Assembly (NCBI GenBank): GCA_965250195.1
Contig: OZ252295.1
Coordinates: 654,269-718,268 of the forward strand
Length of the DNA stretch: 64,000 nucleotides
Direction: 5' to 3'
DNA from: Dehalococcoidia bacterium
Lineage (GTDB): Bacteria; Chloroflexota; Dehalococcoidia; Lucifugimonadales; UBA2962
Shown here: piece by piece, positions 38,854 to 47,790 of the stretch
Layout: every line of letters begins with the position of its first letter
How positions within the stretch are numbered: the stretch's first letter is position 1
Notes under the pieces: generated by a model
The model's input: only the letters and a program-made list of their open reading frames with translations
Told to the model about the DNA's origin: nothing
Databases searched by the model: none
Program-made: the position numbers and the translations under genes

Positions 38854-40266
38854 TTACTCCGGCTTACCCAGCACCATCACGACCGTGCGGTGGTACTTCT
38901 TATGCTCTTTGTAAAGGAGCAACTCTTTTTGCTCCCAGAGGTTGATAACCGGGATGACCCGGGTGGCCATCAGGTACAAAAACACCGCTCCGCCAATCGC
39001 ACCGACGACGATGAACACGTCCGCAACGTCCGGATAGATCGTGGGCGGAATTACCTCGATACCCTCGTGGTTGGCGGATTGATCGCTGACCGAGTAGGAC
39101 GCGACGTACAGCCGGACCCGGTCGAAGAAGGTTCCGATCAAGACAGAGACGGCGATGAGGGTCGGCCCCCAGATGCTGCGGCGCAGGAAGTTCCAAATCA
39201 TGGTGAAGAGCGGGAACACGAAGACCGTAACGAAAGTCAGGTAGAAGATGGGCATGTACGGCCCCTTGATGAACAGGTCGAATACCGCCTGCTCGTTGGG
39301 CTTTTTGCCGTACCACATCACGTTAAAGCTGGAGAACCAGAACCAGAACCAGAGCAGTGAGAGGGCGAACAGCAGCTTACCCAACCCCCAGAACTGGTCG
39401 TAGCCGATCTCCTTGTAACCACATACAAATCTTAGGAAGGCCATCGTCAACACGACCGTAGCCACTCCCGCCTGCAACGCGTTGGCGGCGTGAGTCGCCG
39501 GGTAGAGCGCGTCTATCCAGCCCGGCACCAGAGTCATGAGGAAGTCGATGGAGAACAGGAAGTGGACCGTGATGAGCATGATGAAGTAGAAGGCGCCGAG
39601 TATGCCGATGCGGTGCTTTTGCCAGTCCCACTGCGCCGCCGTGCCCTTCCAGCCTCGCGCCAGCCACTCGTAGCGCCGTCTTGCAGCGCTGCCCTTGGGC
39701 AAGCGGTCGCGAATTGCCGCGAGGTCCGGCAGCGCCGAGACCCAGAGCAGGAAAAAACCAACTATGACCAGCGAGACGATGGCGAGCGCCGTCCACAGGT
39801 GCGGCGAATATGGGTAGACCTCGCCGGGGTGGTAGAACCACATCGACCGCCTGCCGTCCTCTAGGCTGGGCAGAACCCAGAGCATGGGGATGAATAGCAG
39901 CAGGCTGATAAGACCCGCGACCGACCACATCTCAGCCGGACGGGAGATGATCCTGCGCCAGTGGCCCTTTGCGACCCTTGGCGCGATGGCGACCATCGGC
40001 GCGGCCGATGCGGTCGTGAGCATGAACGACAGGACCGCCGCCGTGTAGCCCCACTGGGCGGTGTCCGAGACGCCGTCGATGAGCCGCATGACCATGCCCA
40101 CCACGCCGAGCACGAGCAGCCCGCCGAAGACGGCCGACGCTATCCAGAAGGTGTTACCGGCTTTCTCCCGGCGACCCAACAGGTCGTCGGTAATGATCTC
40201 CGGACTGACCCACTCGGGGTTGTCGGCGTAGAAACCTAGGGGAGGGTGAGCGGACTCGCTAGCCAT
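38854..40266 (-). CDS. second, more divergent NrfD-family membrane subunit (ActC/ActF paralog)
   Basis: 470 aa polytopic protein. Its start overlaps the stop of the FeS subunit gene. It is hydrophobic throughout and shares NrfD-like spacing, but its motifs are weaker. Confidence 0.65.
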   Translation of the reverse strand: MASESAHPPLGFYADNPEWVSPEIITDDLLGRREKAGNTFWIASAVFGGLLVLGVVGMVMRLIDGVSDTAQWGYTAAVLSFMLTTASAAPMVAIAPRVAKGHWRRIISRPAEMWSVAGLISLLLFIPMLWVLPSLEDGRRSMWFYHPGEVYPYSPHLWTALAIVSLVIVGFFLLWVSALPDLAAIRDRLPKGSAARRRYEWLARGWKGTAAQWDWQKHRIGILGAFYFIMLITVHFLFSIDFLMTLVPGWIDALYPATHAANALQAGVATVVLTMAFLRFVCGYKEIGYDQFWGLGKLLFALSLLWFWFWFSSFNVMWYGKKPNEQAVFDLFIKGPYMPIFYLTFVTVFVFPLFTMIWNFLRRSIWGPTLIAVSVLIGTFFDRVRLYVASYSVSDQSANHEGIEVIPPTIYPDVADVFIVVGAIGGAVFLYLMATRVIPVINLWEQKELLLYKEHKKYHRTVVMVLGKPE

Positions 40267-41005
40267 GCGCCTCCTCCGTCACCTTCTGGGACTTATCGAC
40301 CTTCTTGAGGTAGACGACGCTCGGGTTTGTGCCGAGCTCTTCGAGCAGATGGTAGCCGCGCCCGTCGTGGCCGTGAAGTTCTTTCTCAGCCAGCTTCGCG
40401 ACCTGGCTGTCTTCGTCGTTAACGTCACCGAATACCAGCGTGCCGGTCGGGCAGGCGTTGACACACGCCGGGTTCAGCGCCCTGTCGCCGTCTTCGACGA
40501 CGGTGCCGTCTCGCTTGGCGTTCCGGCCGGTTCGTCGGATGCGCTGGATGCAGAAGGTGCACTTTTCCATGATGCCCCGGCTGCGCACAGTCACGTCCGG
40601 GTTGAGCTGGTTTTTCAGGCTCTCGGGCCACTCCGGCTCCCAGAAGTTGAAGAATCGCACCTGGTAGGGGCAGTTGTTTCCACAGAACCGGGTGCCGATG
40701 CACCGGTTGTAGACCTGAACGTTGAGGCCCTCGGCGTTGTGGTAGGTGGCGTACACAGGGCAGACGGGCTCACAGGGAGCGTCGTCACAGTGCTGGCACA
40801 GCACCGGAATGAAGCGCGCCTTGACGTCTGGGTACTCGCCCTCCCAGGTGCGCTCAATGCGTATCCACTGGTTGGCGCGCTGCTGATTGAACAGGCCCTC
40901 GTCGTTAATGGGGATGTTGTTTTCCGACTGGCATGCGATCACGCAGGCCTGGCAACCGGTGCACCGGTCGATGTCGATAACCATTCCCCATTTTTCGTCC
41001 GCCAT
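40259..41005 (-). CDS. actB2: 4Fe-4S ferredoxin-type iron-sulfur subunit (ActB2-like)
   Basis: Cys clusters CTGCQACVIAC, CQHCDDAPCEPVCP, CIGTRFCGNNCP, CTFCIQR and CVNACP. Confidence 0.85.
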   Translation of the reverse strand: MADEKWGMVIDIDRCTGCQACVIACQSENNIPINDEGLFNQQRANQWIRIERTWEGEYPDVKARFIPVLCQHCDDAPCEPVCPVYATYHNAEGLNVQVYNRCIGTRFCGNNCPYQVRFFNFWEPEWPESLKNQLNPDVTVRSRGIMEKCTFCIQRIRRTGRNAKRDGTVVEDGDRALNPACVNACPTGTLVFGDVNDEDSQVAKLAEKELHGHDGRGYHLLEELGTNPSVVYLKKVDKSQKVTEEAHG

Positions 41006-41020
41006 TTTGCTTATCTTCCC

Positions 41021-43324
41021 TTAGCTGTCGGTCGGCGTGATCTTGATTATTCTCTGCTCTTCGTCTCGGGCGAAGTCCGGGTTATTGTTCTCGAACTTCG
41101 GCAGTCTCTTCCAGTCGCCGACCTTCTCGATTTTCACCCTGGTGGCGGCCCAGGCCAGCGCGCCCGACTCATCGTCGAGACGGGGAGCGAGTATGGACAG
41201 CGCGTTCCCCCCTCGGCCTTCGGCGTAGCGTCCGCCGGCCCTGTGGCCCTGGCCAAGCGGAATCGAAACTACGTCAGGCGGCACCCCGGGATGGGGATAT
41301 GCGATGGCCGTAATGCCATCCCCGGCAAGGCCATTGGAGCCGTGCGCCGAAACAACTCTGAGTACATCGCCTTCGCGTATGTCCATACGCTCGGCGACTT
41401 TGTGGTTGATCTCGACCCAGGTCTCCCAGGTAGCCGAGGTAAGCGGGTCCGGCAGTGCTTGCAACCAGGGAAGATGAGCGCCTTGCCCCTCACCGAGGGA
41501 CGTTGACGAGAACGGAACGAGGTGGAAGGTCTCACCTTCTGCCCCGGCGGGTCCGGCGAATTCGGGCTCCTGCGCCTCGGCGGGCAGCTCCTTTGTGGTG
41601 GCTGCCGGGCCGTTATAAAGCGAGGTAGTGTCCCACCAGCCACCACGCTGTAGGACACCCGCCCGGAAGGCGCGGAAATCGTTGGCTCTCACCGAGCCCC
41701 GGCCCAGATCGAACAGCTGCCGGGCGGCGTTTTCGACAAGTTCCTTCATATTTCCTGCTCCAAGGCCCAGGTCCAGCCCCAGCTCGCCGGCGATCGCCAT
41801 GAGGGCGTCAGGCATGGACCTGGTTCCCAGCTCATCACCACGATTTTCGAAGAACGGCCGCACCACCGGCTGCTGGAAGCCCACCACCTGGTGACCCGGT
41901 CCGGCGGCCGGGACGTCTGTGTCCCACTCCTCGAGCGAGGTGTGCGTCGGTAGGATCAGGTCGGCCATGGAGGTCGTGTCGTCCAGATGGCTGGCGAAGC
42001 TAAAGATGAACGGCACGTTGAACGAGGCCTCTCGCAGGCCCATCGCGTCCGGCAGGCCGTACATGGGGTCTGACCCATCGATCAAAAGGGCCTTGACTTT
42101 ACCGTCAGTCATCGCCCGTATGAGGTCGCGCCAATCCCCCGCCGAGCCCACCTTCAGGTTGGCCTCGGCACTGACCAGATCATCGGTCGCGGGAGGGGGG
42201 TTGAATACTAGTCCTCCGCGAGAATGCACCGCCCCAACAAGGTAGTTGAGGGAGTAGATGGCCGTCAGGTTGAACAGGCCGTTGGTGTGTGCGCCGGCGG
42301 ACCCACCACCGATCGCGAGGGCCGGCCGGTTGGTGGCGAACTGCTCTGCGATACGTTTTATCTTCTCTGCCGGGACTCCGGTCTCTTCGGCCACGAGCTC
42401 GGGCGCCCAGCGGTCGATATCCACGTTGCCCGCACCGGTTATGTCTCGGGCCGGAATGGGGTCACCGAGGCCGCCGGTGACGATTACTTGAATCATGCTA
42501 AGAGCTAGCAGGCCCTCGCGGCCGGGCTTTACGAAAACGTTCTCGTCGGCGTTGGCACCGGTCATCGAGAATCGAGAGTCGACGTGTACCAGCGTTCCCC
42601 GCGTCCTGTCGCCCTGGCGGAACTCACCGTACGCTCGCATGTAGCGCACGGGCGAGATCCAGGTGTTGAGGAAGTCCGCTCCGAACGAGAGCAGATATTT
42701 GGTGTTTTCTATGTCGAATTCGGGGAGCCTATCCTGGTCGAACAGGTTTTTCATTACCGTCCGCAGGTTCGTGTTTTCCAGCGCCTCGTACCCGATGTGG
42801 GTCCCCCGGTACGCATCGACGAAGCTGTCCACGACGACGCCGGCGTGCGAGACCATGGGTCCGGTTACAACGACCACCTCACGGTTCTGCCGGGCGTCAC
42901 TGACCTGTCCGAGTTGATGGGAGATTCGGGCAACGCCGTCCGACCACCCGATCTCCTCCCAGTTGCCCGCGCCCCTCTCGCCGACTCGGGCCATCGGCCC
43001 CTTTATGCGGTCGGGGTTGTACAGGTCCTGTAAGAGCGCCTCGCTGCGGGGGCTATGCCGTCCCTGGTTGATCGGGTAGTCGACGTTGCCTTCGACCTTC
43101 TTGGCCCGCCCTTCCATCACCCGAACAACAACGCCCTCTGAGGTCGGGAAGCCACGGCTGATCGTCGCGTACCAGTTGTCCAGCCCCGTTACGAGGTCCT
43201 CCGGCATGCCCACCGGAGACTGTACGAACAGCTCGTCTTCGGGAATGCCGCAAGCGGCGGCTATGACGGCGCCGAGCGTGCCACCGCCGACCGTGGTCAG
43301 GAACTGTCGTCTGGTTAGAGCCAT
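41021..43324 (-). CDS. actB1: molybdopterin-oxidoreductase-like subunit with Tat signal (ActB1-like; probably cofactor-less)
   Basis: Twin-arginine signal MALTRRQFLTTVGGG. It has the CISM catalytic-subunit fold pattern, but the positions of the N-terminal FS0 cysteines are non-Cys (YATISRGFPTSEG...NQGRHSPRSEA). Confidence 0.8.
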   Translation of the reverse strand: MALTRRQFLTTVGGGTLGAVIAAACGIPEDELFVQSPVGMPEDLVTGLDNWYATISRGFPTSEGVVVRVMEGRAKKVEGNVDYPINQGRHSPRSEALLQDLYNPDRIKGPMARVGERGAGNWEEIGWSDGVARISHQLGQVSDARQNREVVVVTGPMVSHAGVVVDSFVDAYRGTHIGYEALENTNLRTVMKNLFDQDRLPEFDIENTKYLLSFGADFLNTWISPVRYMRAYGEFRQGDRTRGTLVHVDSRFSMTGANADENVFVKPGREGLLALSMIQVIVTGGLGDPIPARDITGAGNVDIDRWAPELVAEETGVPAEKIKRIAEQFATNRPALAIGGGSAGAHTNGLFNLTAIYSLNYLVGAVHSRGGLVFNPPPATDDLVSAEANLKVGSAGDWRDLIRAMTDGKVKALLIDGSDPMYGLPDAMGLREASFNVPFIFSFASHLDDTTSMADLILPTHTSLEEWDTDVPAAGPGHQVVGFQQPVVRPFFENRGDELGTRSMPDALMAIAGELGLDLGLGAGNMKELVENAARQLFDLGRGSVRANDFRAFRAGVLQRGGWWDTTSLYNGPAATTKELPAEAQEPEFAGPAGAEGETFHLVPFSSTSLGEGQGAHLPWLQALPDPLTSATWETWVEINHKVAERMDIREGDVLRVVSAHGSNGLAGDGITAIAYPHPGVPPDVVSIPLGQGHRAGGRYAEGRGGNALSILAPRLDDESGALAWAATRVKIEKVGDWKRLPKFENNNPDFARDEEQRIIKITPTDS

Positions 43325-43358
43325 CTAGTGACCGATTTCGCAACCGGAGTGTTTCGCA

Positions 43359-43982
43359 TTAGTAGTGGCACGTCGTGCAGTCTGTGGGTGCGCTGTTGTC
43401 CCGGTGACAATCGACGCAGTTGCCCATTTTCAGGGGTTCGACCTGGCGCACTTTCTCCATTTTTGCCACGGAGCCGTGACAGGTGGAGCACACGGCAGAC
43501 GCCGGGATGCCGTCCTTTTCAGAGAAAAACGAGATGTGGGCCTGGTGGTTGAATCGGACGTGGTCCGGCACCCTGTGAACCCTGACCCAGTCGATGGGCT
43601 GGCCCAACGCCGCGTACTCGCGCAGCTTTTCTACCTCGGCAAGGCCGTCCCCAACAGCGGCGTGGCAGGTCATGCAGAGGCCGACTGACGGCACCGTGGC
43701 CGCCGGGCCCTCGGTGACGTTGCGGTGACAGAAGGTGCAGTCCAGGCCGATGCCGCCGTCTTCAACAGTGCCGGCATGAACGGTGTGCGGGAAGGCTATG
43801 GGCTGGTCCGGGCCCTCGGTATAGCCGAAGACGCTAAGCGGCCGACCAAGCCACGCGGAGATGACGAAAAGGAGAACGAATACCACCGCGGCGAGGCTGA
43901 CGAGGCTGACAACTCCAAGCACTCCGAGGAGCGCCATTTGCCTGGGCTCGGGTCTCTTAGGTTGGAAATCGCCCGGAAGCAA
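43359..43982 (-). CDS. actA: pentahaem cytochrome c subunit (ActA-like)
   Basis: One N-terminal TM helix, then five CxxCH motifs: CTFCH, CMTCH, CSTCH, CVDCH and CTTCH. The start is uncertain (TTG 43982 or ATG 43937). Confidence 0.85.
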   Translation of the reverse strand: MLPGDFQPKRPEPRQMALLGVLGVVSLVSLAAVVFVLLFVISAWLGRPLSVFGYTEGPDQPIAFPHTVHAGTVEDGGIGLDCTFCHRNVTEGPAATVPSVGLCMTCHAAVGDGLAEVEKLREYAALGQPIDWVRVHRVPDHVRFNHQAHISFFSEKDGIPASAVCSTCHGSVAKMEKVRQVEPLKMGNCVDCHRDNSAPTDCTTCHY

Positions 43983-44014
43983 GTATCGGTGTTAAGGGCT
44001 CAGATTGCGGGGGG

Positions 44015-44305
44015 TTAAATCCAGTAGTTCGGCCAGAAGTCGCGCAAGACGCCAGCATGATCGACGACTCGCGACAGCATGTACATGGCGGCGCCGAAAG
44101 AGCTGATCGCCACCGCGTAGAACATGGGCCTGGCCTTCGATAGCCCCTGGCTCAAGTGGCGCGAACGTATGAAAGACTGCAACCAGTTGTGGGCGATCAG
44201 CATGTTGGTGGCGAAGAAAACGATGAACGCCACCATGATCCAGAGATTGGTAAGCAAGTGTCCGAGTTCAGACCACTGTGGATGCGCTAGAACTTCCGGG
44301 TCCAC
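44015..44305 (-). CDS. small two-TM membrane protein of unknown function, immediately upstream of actA
   Basis: 96 aa with hydrophobic helices LWIMVAFIVFFATNMLIA and MFYAVAISSFGAAMYML. It is on the same strand as actA and its stop lies 32 nt from the longest actA start. Confidence 0.5.
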   Translation of the reverse strand: MDPEVLAHPQWSELGHLLTNLWIMVAFIVFFATNMLIAHNWLQSFIRSRHLSQGLSKARPMFYAVAISSFGAAMYMLSRVVDHAGVLRDFWPNYWI

Positions 44306-44424
44306 TGCCTACCTTTCAGCAAATTCGATCAGCGATCAGACGACGCGGCTCGACGGCCTGAGATGGTCCAATCGACGCCGGGCCCGCAGCGCCAAACCCC
44401 AGCAGGGAGGACGCCCGCGAAACC

Positions 44425-44440
44425 TAGTGAAAATTATCAC
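44425..44440. promoter_or_regulatory. CRP/FNR-family-like palindrome AGTGA-N6-TCACA
   Basis: AGTGAAAATTATCACA lies in the AT-richest part of the divergent intergenic region, about 120 bp upstream of the 44305 start. It has one mismatch to TGTGA-N6-TCACA. Confidence 0.35.
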
Positions 44441-44596
44441 ACCGCATTTTTAGTGTCAAGCATCCGTTTACCCCTATAGACAGAGGAAAACGGCCCTCTC
44501 CGGGTTCTCGAAAATCGGCTTTCGGGCCGCACATTTTTCCCACCCTTGTAACGTCGCTGATTGCGCCACTAATATGGCCGTTCAAAGGGGCTAACG

Positions 44597-45238
44597 ATGA
44601 GTCATGGCGGTCACAGCCATCAGCACGATTTCGCGGAAAAATTCTCCTCCCCTGAGGCGGTCGCCGAGTACGCGCGCAGGTCCCAGCGGCTGCCCCTACG
44701 CAACCTGGGCCTGTGGACGGCGCTTCGGGGGCTGGCGCCAACCGGTACGTGGCTGGACCTCGGTTGCGGCCCCGGCCTGGTGACGTTGGAGGCCGCCCAC
44801 CACTTCCCTGACCTGCGTCTGATCGGCCTCGACTCGTCCGAGCACATGATCGACTACGCCAGTGACCGGGCGTCGGCGTCGGGCGTCGCGGATCGGGTGG
44901 AGTTCAGGGTGGGCGACGCCGCCGATCCCGACGTATTGCGAGGACTTGCACCCGCAGACGGCATCATCTCGACCTACACGCTTCACCACTTCGATGACGG
45001 GGTCGAGGCGATCAAGGCGATGGCCGGAGCGCTGGGGCCCGGCGGGCCGATGTTGCTACATGACTTCAGACGAATCTGGTGGCTCAAGCGGTGGCTGCCC
45101 ACGGCGGACGCCTATCGGCCCGATCGGGCCGCCATGCTGATGGCCGACGCCGGGATGGCCGAAGTACGGGTCAAAAACCACTTCCCGTACGCGATGACCG
45201 TGGTGGGCCAACGACCGGTTACACGAACAGGCGATTAG
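44597..45238 (+). CDS. class I SAM-dependent methyltransferase
   Basis: Motif I WLDLGCGPG, followed by LIGLDSSEHM and DGIISTYTLHHF. Confidence 0.8.
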   Translation: MSHGGHSHQHDFAEKFSSPEAVAEYARRSQRLPLRNLGLWTALRGLAPTGTWLDLGCGPGLVTLEAAHHFPDLRLIGLDSSEHMIDYASDRASASGVADRVEFRVGDAADPDVLRGLAPADGIISTYTLHHFDDGVEAIKAMAGALGPGGPMLLHDFRRIWWLKRWLPTADAYRPDRAAMLMADAGMAEVRVKNHFPYAMTVVGQRPVTRTGD

Positions 45239-45248
45239 AGGAGAAAAG

Positions 45249-45929
45249 ATGGCTGAGGCGCATTTCGGGCAGGAGATATTCCAGTTCCTGGCCGAACTAA
45301 AGGTAAACAACGACCGGGAGTGGTTCCAGGCCAACAAGGGCCGCTATGAACAGCACGTGAAGGCCCCGCTGCTGGAGTTCATCGCAGAGTTTGGCGAGGT
45401 CCTGCCGATAATCAGCGGCCACTTCGTGGCCGATGCCCGGGGCAACGGAGGGTCGATGTTTCGTATCTACCGGGACGTGCGATTTTCAAAGGACAAGTCC
45501 CCTTATAAGACCCACGCCGCCGTGCACTTCAGGCACGAGCAGGCGAGGAACGTGCACACCCCCGGTTTCTACCTGCACCTTGAGCCCGGTAACGTGGCGG
45601 CCGGGTGTGGCATCTGGAAGCCCGATTCGGCTGCTCTTGCCAAGATCCGTGATGCGATCGCGGCCAACCCCGTTGGCTGGACACAGGCAACCGAGGGCGT
45701 AGACGGCATGACCACAATGGACGGCGACCCGCTCAAGCGGCCGCCCAAGGGGTACGACCCAGACCACCCCTTGATCGACGTGCTTAAAAACCGAAGCTTC
45801 GGCCTGTGGGCGAAGTTTGACGAAAAAGAAGCCACCGCCCCGGACTTCATGGAGCGCTACCACGCAACGTGCCTTAAGGCCGCGCCTATGACGGACTTCA
45901 TCTGCAGGGCGCTGGGATTGGAATTTTAA
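45249..45929 (+). CDS. DUF2461 (TIGR02453) family protein
   Basis: IFQFLAELKVNNDREWFQANKGRYEQHV...FRIYRDVRFSKDKSPYK is characteristic of this family. Confidence 0.75.
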   Translation: MAEAHFGQEIFQFLAELKVNNDREWFQANKGRYEQHVKAPLLEFIAEFGEVLPIISGHFVADARGNGGSMFRIYRDVRFSKDKSPYKTHAAVHFRHEQARNVHTPGFYLHLEPGNVAAGCGIWKPDSAALAKIRDAIAANPVGWTQATEGVDGMTTMDGDPLKRPPKGYDPDHPLIDVLKNRSFGLWAKFDEKEATAPDFMERYHATCLKAAPMTDFICRALGLEF

Positions 45930-45931
45930 CC

Positions 45932-46138
45932 ATGTGCCGAAGCATCAAGGTTTTACGAACGCTTGACCCGGCCGCGACGGGCGAAGACACACAGGCTGCC
46001 GCGCTCCAATACGTGCGCAAGATAAGCGGCTACAGGCAGCCGTCCAAGGCGAACGAAGCTGCCTTCGACCGGGCCGTCAAAGAGATCGCGGCGGCATCGG
46101 ACGCCCTGCTCGGGAGTCTCGTCAGCCGCGCTGGTTGA
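45932..46138 (+). CDS. DUF2277 family protein
   Basis: MCRSIKVLR...AALQYVRKISGYRQPSKANEAAF matches the MCRNI-type DUF2277 pattern. Confidence 0.7.
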   Translation: MCRSIKVLRTLDPAATGEDTQAAALQYVRKISGYRQPSKANEAAFDRAVKEIAAASDALLGSLVSRAG

Positions 46139-46300
46139 GTGCCGGACGTCAGGTTGCAACGCCGCTCGACCGCACCCTAAGATAGCTTCGCCCCGCTCCC
46201 ACGGGCGGGCGAGCATCGAGGAAAGGCGGTAGCGAGGCGGCCCATCGCGAGGCGATGAGCGCTTGCGCGAAGAGTACCAAGAGCGGAGCGGAGAACTTTT

Positions 46301-47644
46301 ATGCCCACACCCATTGAGCAGCAGTACATCGACCAGCACCCCAAGTCGATAGAGCGCTTCTCTGTCTCCAAGGACCTGTTCCCCGACGGCGTCACCCACG
46401 ACGCCCGCCGGTTGCAGCCGTTCCCCATGTACGTCACCCACGCCGAGGGCTCCCGCAAGTGGGACGTCGACGGCCACGAGATAATCGACTTCAAGACCGG
46501 CCACGGCGCCATGATCCTCGGTCACTCGCATCCCAAGGTCGTAGCGGCCGTGCAAGAGGCGATGTCCAAGGGCACCCAGATGGGGTCGTCCACCGACGCC
46601 GAGATCCGCTGGGGTGGGCTCGTACGTGAGCTGGTACCCTGCGCCGAGAAGGTGCGCTTCCACAGCTCCGGCACCGAGGCAGTGATGATGGCTATGCGGC
46701 TGGCCCGCGCATACACGGGCAAGTCCAAAATCATCAAATTCGACGACCACTTCCACGGCTGGAGCGACTACGCCACGGCTGGCGGCGCCGGGCTCGGCGG
46801 TATCCCGCAAGAGACCCTCGACACCATGATCGTCCTACCACCGAACGACTTCGGGCTGGTGGAAAAGACGATCACGGGGCGCGACGACATCGCGGCGATC
46901 ATGCTGGAGCCGACCGGCTCCCACATGGGCCTGCACCCCATCGCGCCGGAGTTCCTGCATCAGCTTCGTGACCTCACTGCCCGCACCGGAGTCGTCTTCC
47001 TCATGGACGAAGTAGTGACCGGGTTCCGGCTGTCGTCCGGCGGAGCGTCCAAGAAGTTCGACGTCACCCCCGACATCACCACCCTCGCCAAGATCGTCGG
47101 CGGCGGGTTGCCCGGCGCTGCGGTGGCCGGTAAGGCGGACATCATCAACCAGATTGAGTTCCACAACGACCCGGAATACGACACCAACCAGCGCGTCGGC
47201 CACCCCGGCACCTTCAACGCAAACCCCCTTTCGGCCGCAGCCGGGATAGCCGCGCTGGAGATGGTGCGGGACGGCCAGGTCAACGAAGATGCCGATACCG
47301 CTGCGAACAAGGTCAAGGCCGGGCTGAACGAACTGCTGGGCAAGATGGAGATCCCCGGCCAGGTGACCGGCCACGGCTCTCTGCTGTTCATGCGCCTCGG
47401 CGTCGACTTCGAAGTGGAAGACGATGGCGCGACCTTCGATCTCTCCGAAGCGGACTGGGCGAAGGTCAACGACGGCGCCCGCAACTCGCAGTTGCACCTA
47501 GCACTGCTCAACAACGGCATCGACCCCATGAGCAACGGCACCCGGCTGATCGTCGGGCAGGCGCACACCGACCAGGACGTCGCCGAGACCGTCGACGCCT
47601 ACGAGAAGTCGCTAGGCGAGGTTCGGGACATCGGGCTCCTCTAG
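46301..47644 (+). CDS. class III PLP-dependent aminotransferase (glutamate-1-semialdehyde aminomutase-like)
   Basis: FHSSGTEAVMMAMRLARAYTGK, MDEVVTGFR and TLAKIVGGGLP (PLP Lys context). Confidence 0.85.
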   Translation: MPTPIEQQYIDQHPKSIERFSVSKDLFPDGVTHDARRLQPFPMYVTHAEGSRKWDVDGHEIIDFKTGHGAMILGHSHPKVVAAVQEAMSKGTQMGSSTDAEIRWGGLVRELVPCAEKVRFHSSGTEAVMMAMRLARAYTGKSKIIKFDDHFHGWSDYATAGGAGLGGIPQETLDTMIVLPPNDFGLVEKTITGRDDIAAIMLEPTGSHMGLHPIAPEFLHQLRDLTARTGVVFLMDEVVTGFRLSSGGASKKFDVTPDITTLAKIVGGGLPGAAVAGKADIINQIEFHNDPEYDTNQRVGHPGTFNANPLSAAAGIAALEMVRDGQVNEDADTAANKVKAGLNELLGKMEIPGQVTGHGSLLFMRLGVDFEVEDDGATFDLSEADWAKVNDGARNSQLHLALLNNGIDPMSNGTRLIVGQAHTDQDVAETVDAYEKSLGEVRDIGLL

Positions 47645-47668
47645 CCCGACTGCTTACCAGGTCCCTTT

Positions 47669-47702
47669 AGAGGCGGCGCGCCGGTGCGCCGCCTCTTTTT
47701 TT
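47669..47702 (+). terminator. rho-independent terminator
   Basis: AGAGGCGGCGC-GCCGGT-GCGCCGCCTCT followed by TTTTTTT, 25 nt after the aminotransferase stop. Confidence 0.85.
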
Positions 47703-47790
47703 GCCCAGAATACAGGCAATAATCGAGGCTTCGAGTTCGTAACCTTCATGTAACGCCCGTGCAACTCGTGGCTTGGATACTGGCCCCGTT

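Noticed and set aside
40265-41506. 413-aa plus-strand ORF
   Set aside because: It is antisense to the ActB2 and ActB1 genes, whose Cys clusters and Tat signal are diagnostic.
46139-46300. Possible riboswitch in the 162-nt GC-rich leader of the aminotransferase gene
   Set aside because: I could not recognise any known riboswitch core motif (B12 box, glycine, SAM, TPP or guanidine), and only short imperfect stems are visible. A covariance-model scan is needed before any claim.
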